From contig CAYTJT010000003.1 of NCBI GenBank assembly GCA_964438105.1, positions 1-48,377 of the forward strand: a stretch of 48,377 bases of DNA, given 5' to 3'. The stretch comes from an uncultured Rhodothermales bacterium (GTDB taxonomy: Bacteria; Bacteroidota; Rhodothermia; Rhodothermales; JANQRZ01). The notes under the pieces were generated by a model. That model saw only the letters and a list, made by a program, of their open reading frames with translations, searched no databases and was not told the DNA's origin. How positions within the stretch are numbered: position 1 is the first letter of the stretch; each line of letters starts with the position of its first letter. This document shows, piece by piece, positions 44,159 to 48,377 of the stretch. Made by a program: the position numbers and the translations under genes.

Positions 44159-45616
44159 ATGGACCTCCCGACGATGGATCTCCCATTCGAATACACCTCT
44201 GGCCCCGTCCCCGTCGACGAAGTCCGCACGGTCCCCACGTTGGAAGGGCTCGACGACGCGTTCTTCGACTGGCTCAGCGAGCACGGCGTGTATCTCGAGA
44301 TCCCCGCTGGCGAAAAGATGTTTCACGCGGGGATGGCGGCGGAGCAGATGATGATCCAGCTCGATGGCGCCGTGCAACTCGTCCTCGACGTGGGCGGGCA
44401 GCCGTTGCTCTACGACACGTTCCGCGGCGAGCGCATCACCGGGATGCTGCCGTACTCGCGGATGACGGAATACACGGGGACGGGGCTCGTGACCGAGCCC
44501 GTCCGCGTCGTGATGGTGTGGAAAAAGGACTTCCCGGCGATGCTGGACACGAGCGAGGAGCTCGGCCGCCGCCTCGTCGCGCTCATGAGCGACCGCGTGC
44601 GCGAGGCGACGCGCAGCTCGCAGCAGCGCGAGAAGATGATGGCGCTCGGCAAGCTCTCCGCCGGGCTCGCCCACGAGCTCAACAACCCCGCCGCCGCCAT
44701 CCGCCGCGCCGTCTCCGACCTCGAAGAGCGCATCGCGGCCCTGCCCGAACTCGTGGCGCGGATGAGCGAGCACGGGCTCACGCCCGACCAGGTTCGGCAG
44801 GCGAACAGCGTGCGGGCCGAAGTCGGGGCGAAGGGGGAGAACCTGCTCGCGCTCTCGACCGTGGAGCGCGGCGAGCGCGAGGACGAACTCGCCGACCAAC
44901 TCGACATGCTGGGCATGGACGACGGGTGGCGGCTCGCCGAAGCGCTCGTCGACAAGGGCTTCACGCCGGACTGCCTGCTCGACATCGCTAGCGATCTGGA
45001 CGAGACGGCGGTGCCCGACGTGGTGCGCTGGGTCGAGGGCGGGATCGCGGCGGAGCGGCTGCTCGGCGAGATCAGCTCGGCCGCGGGCCGCATCGCCGAC
45101 CTCGTCGCGTCGATCAAGACGTACTCACACATGGACCAGGCGCAGGTCTGCCAGCCCACGGACGTGGCGGAGGGCATCGACTCGACGCTGACGATGCTCG
45201 GGCACAAGTTCAAAACGCGCGACGTCCGTCTCGTCCGCTCGATTCCCGACGACCTCCCACGCGTGCCGGCCTACCCCGGCGAGCTGAACCAGGTCTGGAC
45301 GAACCTGCTCGACAACGCGCTCGACGCCGTCGAGCCGGGCGGGACGATTGAGGTCGCAGCCGAGGTGCGGGGGGCGTACCTCTGCGTGTCCATCGCCGAC
45401 GACGGTTCCGGGATTCCCGAGGAGATCCAGTCGCGCATCTTCGAGCCGTTCTTCACGACGAAGGGCGTGGGCGAGGGGACCGGCCTCGGTCTCGACGTGG
45501 TGCAGCGGATCGTGCAGCAGCAGCACAGCGGCACGCTCGAGCTGGAGTCCGAGCCGGGGCGGACCGTCTTCACCGTCTGCCTCCCGCTCGACGAGGACGG
45601 CATCGTCGGGGAGTGA
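44159..45616 (+). CDS. Sensor histidine kinase with N-terminal cyclic-nucleotide-binding-like domain
   Basis: Start is an internal ATG of track ORF 43919..45616. cNMP-like beta-barrel region. H-box [15 protein letters not shown]. HATPase_c: [22 protein letters not shown]. Confidence 0.85.
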   Translation: MDLPTMDLPFEYTSGPVPVDEVRTVPTLEGLDDAFFDWLSEHGVYLEIPAGEKMFHAGMAAEQMMIQLDGAVQLVLDVGGQPLLYDTFRGERITGMLPYSRMTEYTGTGLVTEPVRVVMVWKKDFPAMLDTSEELGRRLVALMSDRVREATRSSQQREKMMALGKLSAGLAHELNNPAAAIRRAVSDLEERIAALPELVARMSEHGLTPDQVRQANSVRAEVGAKGENLLALSTVERGEREDELADQLDMLGMDDGWRLAEALVDKGFTPDCLLDIASDLDETAVPDVVRWVEGGIAAERLLGEISSAAGRIADLVASIKTYSHMDQAQVCQPTDVAEGIDSTLTMLGHKFKTRDVRLVRSIPDDLPRVPAYPGELNQVWTNLLDNALDAVEPGGTIEVAAEVRGAYLCVSIADDGSGIPEEIQSRIFEPFFTTKGVGEGTGLGLDVVQRIVQQQHSGTLELESEPGRTVFTVCLPLDEDGIVGE

Positions 45617-45619
45617 AAT

Positions 45620-45642
45620 CCCCGCGCGCCGCGCGCGCCGGG
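45620..45642 (+). terminator. GC-only hairpin just after the histidine-kinase stop (possible terminator, no U-tract)
   Basis: In ccccgcgcgccgcgcgcgccggg, a 6-bp GCGCGC stem with a 3-nt loop extends by 3 more C-G pairs across a 1-nt bulge. It is followed by caacaatcg, not a T-run. Confidence 0.2.
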
Positions 45643-45709
45643 CAACAATCGCAGGGGGCCTCGGTACGACCCCACGCTCCTCCACCTCCCGCTCCCAATC
45701 CGCTTTCGT

Positions 45710-47146
45710 ATGGCCGTCTCCTCCGCTCAACGCCCCAAACGCGGGGCCGTGCTCGACCTCGACATCGAGAAGTTCGCCGACCGCGGCAAGTCGCTCGCGC
45801 GGCTCGGCGACGGCGACGGGAGCGGGTACGTCGTGTTCGTGGCGGGGGCCGTGCCGGGCGACACGGTGCGCGCCAAGCTGTTTAAGCGGAAGCGCTCGTT
45901 CGGTGAGGCGCGGATTCAGGAAGTCCTGACGCCGAGCCCGCTCCGCATCGAGCCGCGCTGCGAGTACTTCGACGCGTGCGGCGGCTGCAAGTGGCAGCAC
46001 GTCCAGTACCCCGCTCAGCTCGACGCGAAGCGGCAGAGCGTGGCCGAGGCGTTCGCCCACACCGGCGGGTTCGACGGCATCGATGTGCGCCCGACGATCG
46101 GCGCCGACGAGATCTACTTCTATCGCAACAAAATGGAGTTCTCGTTCGCCGCGCACCGCTGGCTGACGGACTGGGAGATCGCCTCCGGCGAGGACTTCGA
46201 CACCGACTTCGCGCTCGGTCTGCACGTCCCCGGCCGCTACGACAAAGTGCTCGACCTGAAGGCGTGCTACCTCCAGAGCGAGTGGAGCGCGCGCCTCGTC
46301 AACGCGACGCGCGCGTTCGCCAAAGAACACGGCTGGACGCCGTGGGACGTACACAAAAAAGACGGTTTCCTCCGCCACCTCGTCCTCCGCACCCCCGCCC
46401 ACACCGACGAGAAGATGGTCAACCTCGTCACGAATGGGCGCGACGACGAGCGGATGGCGCAATATGCCGCCTTCCTCCGCGCCGAGTTTCCCGAGGCCAC
46501 GACGCTCGTCAACACCGTCAACACGGGCGTCGCACAGACGGCCTACGGCGAGGAGATGGTGACCGTGTTCGGCTCCGGCGTCGTCCACGACCGGATCGGG
46601 GAGTACACGTTTGAGATCGCGTCGAACGCCTTTTTTCAGACGAACACGAAGCAGGCCGAGACGCTCTACGCCGTCGCCGCCGAGTTCGCCGAGTTCAAGC
46701 CCGACGACCGCGTCTACGACCTCTACTGCGGCGCGGGCACGATCTCGCTCTACATCTCCGAGCACGTCGATTCCGTGGTCGGTGTCGAACTCGTGGAAGA
46801 GGCCGTCGCGAACGCGCGGGCGAACGCCACCGCGAACGACGTGGACAACTGCACGTTCGTGACGGGCGACATGCTGGAGCTGTTCAAGCCGGAGTTCGTC
46901 GACGAGCACGGGCGGCCGGACGTGCTGATCGTGGACCCGCCGCGCGCCGGGCTGCACCCTAAAGTCGTGGATCAGATCGGGGCGCTGCGGCCGGAGCGGT
47001 TCGTCTACGTGAGTTGCAACCCGCAGTCGCAGGCGCGCGACCTCTCGTACCTCAAGGAGCAGTACCGCATCGAGACGGTGCAGCCCGTCGACCTCTTCCC
47101 GCACACGCACCACGTCGAGACCGTCGCGAAGCTGCGGGCGCGGTGA
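45710..47146 (+). CDS. rlmD: 23S rRNA (uracil-C5)-methyltransferase, RlmD/RumA family
   Basis: TRAM-like N-terminus. Fe-S cysteines [17 protein letters not shown] fold [19 protein letters not shown]. Catalytic YVSCNP. Confidence 0.85.
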   Translation: MAVSSAQRPKRGAVLDLDIEKFADRGKSLARLGDGDGSGYVVFVAGAVPGDTVRAKLFKRKRSFGEARIQEVLTPSPLRIEPRCEYFDACGGCKWQHVQYPAQLDAKRQSVAEAFAHTGGFDGIDVRPTIGADEIYFYRNKMEFSFAAHRWLTDWEIASGEDFDTDFALGLHVPGRYDKVLDLKACYLQSEWSARLVNATRAFAKEHGWTPWDVHKKDGFLRHLVLRTPAHTDEKMVNLVTNGRDDERMAQYAAFLRAEFPEATTLVNTVNTGVAQTAYGEEMVTVFGSGVVHDRIGEYTFEIASNAFFQTNTKQAETLYAVAAEFAEFKPDDRVYDLYCGAGTISLYISEHVDSVVGVELVEEAVANARANATANDVDNCTFVTGDMLELFKPEFVDEHGRPDVLIVDPPRAGLHPKVVDQIGALRPERFVYVSCNPQSQARDLSYLKEQYRIETVQPVDLFPHTHHVETVAKLRAR

Positions 47147-47160
47147 CGTACCTTTCCGTC

Positions 47161-47376
47161 ATGAATCCTGACGATCACCGCATCGACCGCACCGCGTTCT
47201 CTATCGTCTACTCGCACGAGGAGGCCGAGGCGGAGGACCGGGCCTACTGGTTCAGCAAGACGCCTTACGAGCGTCTCGTAGCTGCCGAGTGCATCCGCCG
47301 AACCCTCTACGGCTATGACCCTGATACCGTCGCCGTTCGACGAGTTTTTGAGATCGTTAGTCGACCGCCACGTTGA
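47161..47376 (+). CDS. Small hypothetical protein (71 aa), possible antitoxin-like partner
   Basis: Start is an internal ATG of track ORF 47014..47376, 15 nt after the rlmD stop. Overlaps the next gene by 62 nt. No motif recognised. Confidence 0.35.
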   Translation: MNPDDHRIDRTAFSIVYSHEEAEAEDRAYWFSKTPYERLVAAECIRRTLYGYDPDTVAVRRVFEIVSRPPR

Positions 47377-47758
47377 CTACCTCCTGATCGGTGGGTACGC
47401 CGTCATCTTCCACGGGTACGTTCGCTCGACGGGGGACATCGACGTGTGGGTGCGGATGGAGCCGGGGAATGCCGAGCGGGTCGTCGCAGCCCTCACGGAC
47501 TTTGGTTTCGGGGTTCCCGAACTCACGGCCTCGACCTTTCTCAGCGAACGCTGTCTGGTGCGGATGGGGGTGCCGCCGTTCCGGATCGAAATGATGACGT
47601 CGATCCCCGGCGTGACGTTCGAGGAGTGCTGGCCGGGGCGAGTCGAGAGTACGTGGGACGGCGTGCCGGTCACGGTCATCGGGTTGGAGTGTCTCAAAAA
47701 GAACAAGCGCGCGACCGGCCGACTGAAAGATCTCGCCGACCTGGACTATCTGCCCTGA
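47315..47758 (+). CDS. Nucleotidyltransferase-fold-like small protein (147 aa)
   Basis: VDYLLIGGYAVIFHGYVRSTGDIDVWV resembles the GG...G-x-R-x-T-x-DxD nucleotidyltransferase signature of minimal NTase/AbiEii-like proteins. Confidence 0.45.
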   Translation: MTLIPSPFDEFLRSLVDRHVDYLLIGGYAVIFHGYVRSTGDIDVWVRMEPGNAERVVAALTDFGFGVPELTASTFLSERCLVRMGVPPFRIEMMTSIPGVTFEECWPGRVESTWDGVPVTVIGLECLKKNKRATGRLKDLADLDYLP

Positions 47759-47832
47759 TCACGCCAGCCGGGGCGTAACACGACGGACGCTATGACGTAG
47801 GGTGGCCCATCCTTTCACCAGCCCTCTCTGCG

Positions 47833-48377
47833 ATGCGCCTCTGCTACTACGGTCTGCTCCTCCTCGTCCTCCTCCCGTCGCTCGCCGTCGCCCAGAGCAC
47901 GGCCGAGCGGGTCGACGCGCTCGTCCAGCGGTACCACGACCTCGGGCAGATCAACGGCGCCGTGCTCGTGGCCGAGGACGGCGAGGTGATCTACGAGGAG
48001 GGCGTCGGCGAGGCCGACATGACCTTCGGCGTGCCGAACACGGCCGACACCCGCTTCCTCATCGGCTCGGTCACGAAGAACTTCACCGGCGCTCTCCTCC
48101 TCCAGCTCGTGGAGGAGGGCGCCGTCGACGTGCAGGCGCCGATCTCGACGTACCTGCCCGACTACCCCGCCGAGGTCGGCGACCGCGTGACGGTGCACCA
48201 CCTCCTCACGCATTCGTCCGGCATCCCCTCATACACCGGGCTGCCCGAGTTCCGCACCGAGATCGTAGGGAATCCGCAGGAGCCGGAAGACCTGGTCGCC
48301 TACGTGCAGGACTTGCCGCTGGAGTTCGAGCCGGGCGCGGAGTTCCGGTACAACAACTCCGGCTACGTCCTCCTCGG
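47833..48377 (+). CDS. Serine hydrolase / class C beta-lactamase-PBP family (3' end outside window)
   Basis: Absent from the supplied track because no stop is reached. My own translation from ATG 47833 gives MRLCYYGLLLLVLLPSLAVAQS (signal peptide)...FLIGSVTKNFTGALLLQLVEEG (SxxK)...HHLLTHSSGIP. Confidence 0.7.
   Translation, partial: MRLCYYGLLLLVLLPSLAVAQSTAERVDALVQRYHDLGQINGAVLVAEDGEVIYEEGVGEADMTFGVPNTADTRFLIGSVTKNFTGALLLQLVEEGAVDVQAPISTYLPDYPAEVGDRVTVHHLLTHSSGIPSYTGLPEFRTEIVGNPQEPEDLVAYVQDLPLEFEPGAEFRYNNSGYVLL

Noticed and set aside
47815-48213. 132-aa minus-strand ORF from the supplied track.
   Set aside because: It is antisense to a clear + strand serine-hydrolase gene (signal peptide plus SxxK motif) that runs off the window and was therefore missing from the track.
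1-48377. Scanned for transposases, integrases, tRNA/rRNA genes and flanking direct repeats that would mark the T6SS region as a mobile island.
   Set aside because: No recognisable recombinase motifs or tRNA-like sequences were seen. Apart from the vgrG 3' end, the composition is uniform. An exhaustive repeat search is not possible by eye.

Overview
High-GC (roughly 70%) 48.4-kb window in which every credible gene lies on the + strand. All family calls come from reading motifs by eye; no database search was run.

- **nt 1-22,738: a complete type-i (TssJ/L/M-containing) type VI secretion system.** Order is tagH (left-truncated)-tssJ-tssK-tssL-tssM-tagF-tssA-tssB-tssC-hcp-tssE-tssF-tssG-clpV-vgrG-PAAR. 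This is essentially both operons of the P. aeruginosa H1-T6SS laid end to end.
- **nt 20,700-22,381: the vgrG 3' third drops sharply in GC** and encodes a long uncharacterised extension.
- **nt 22,409-29,316: a tightly coupled accessory module.** It runs PAAR, then an Rhs/YD-repeat protein with no recognisable RHS core or toxin boundary, a pentapeptide-repeat protein, a DUF2169 adaptor-like protein, and a single polypeptide that is a fused TssB-TssC sheath paralog. That fusion is the most unusual item here.
- **nt 29,491-39,349: a second block that looks like a rewired threonine-phosphorylation regulatory pathway.** It holds an FHA-TM-lytic transglycosylase fusion, PP2C phosphatase (pppA-like), and a Hanks kinase with periplasmic PEGA domains (ppkA-like). 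Four envelope proteins follow: two TPR/CsgG-like paralogs, a T9SS-sorted protein and an OM beta-barrel. They sit where tagTSRQ sits in Pseudomonas.
- **nt 39,449-45,616: a stress/redox/K+ signalling cluster.** Members are Usp, REC-TrxR-like, Kef-RCK-glutaredoxin-like, and a cNMP-domain histidine kinase.
- **nt 45,710-48,377: housekeeping and minor genes.** These are rlmD, a small overlapping NTase-like pair, and a right-truncated serine hydrolase.

The T9SS C-terminal sorting domain and TAnnTTTG-like -7 boxes suggest a high-GC Bacteroidota/Rhodothermota-like host; this is inference. No rRNA, tRNA, CRISPR array or transposase was recognised.
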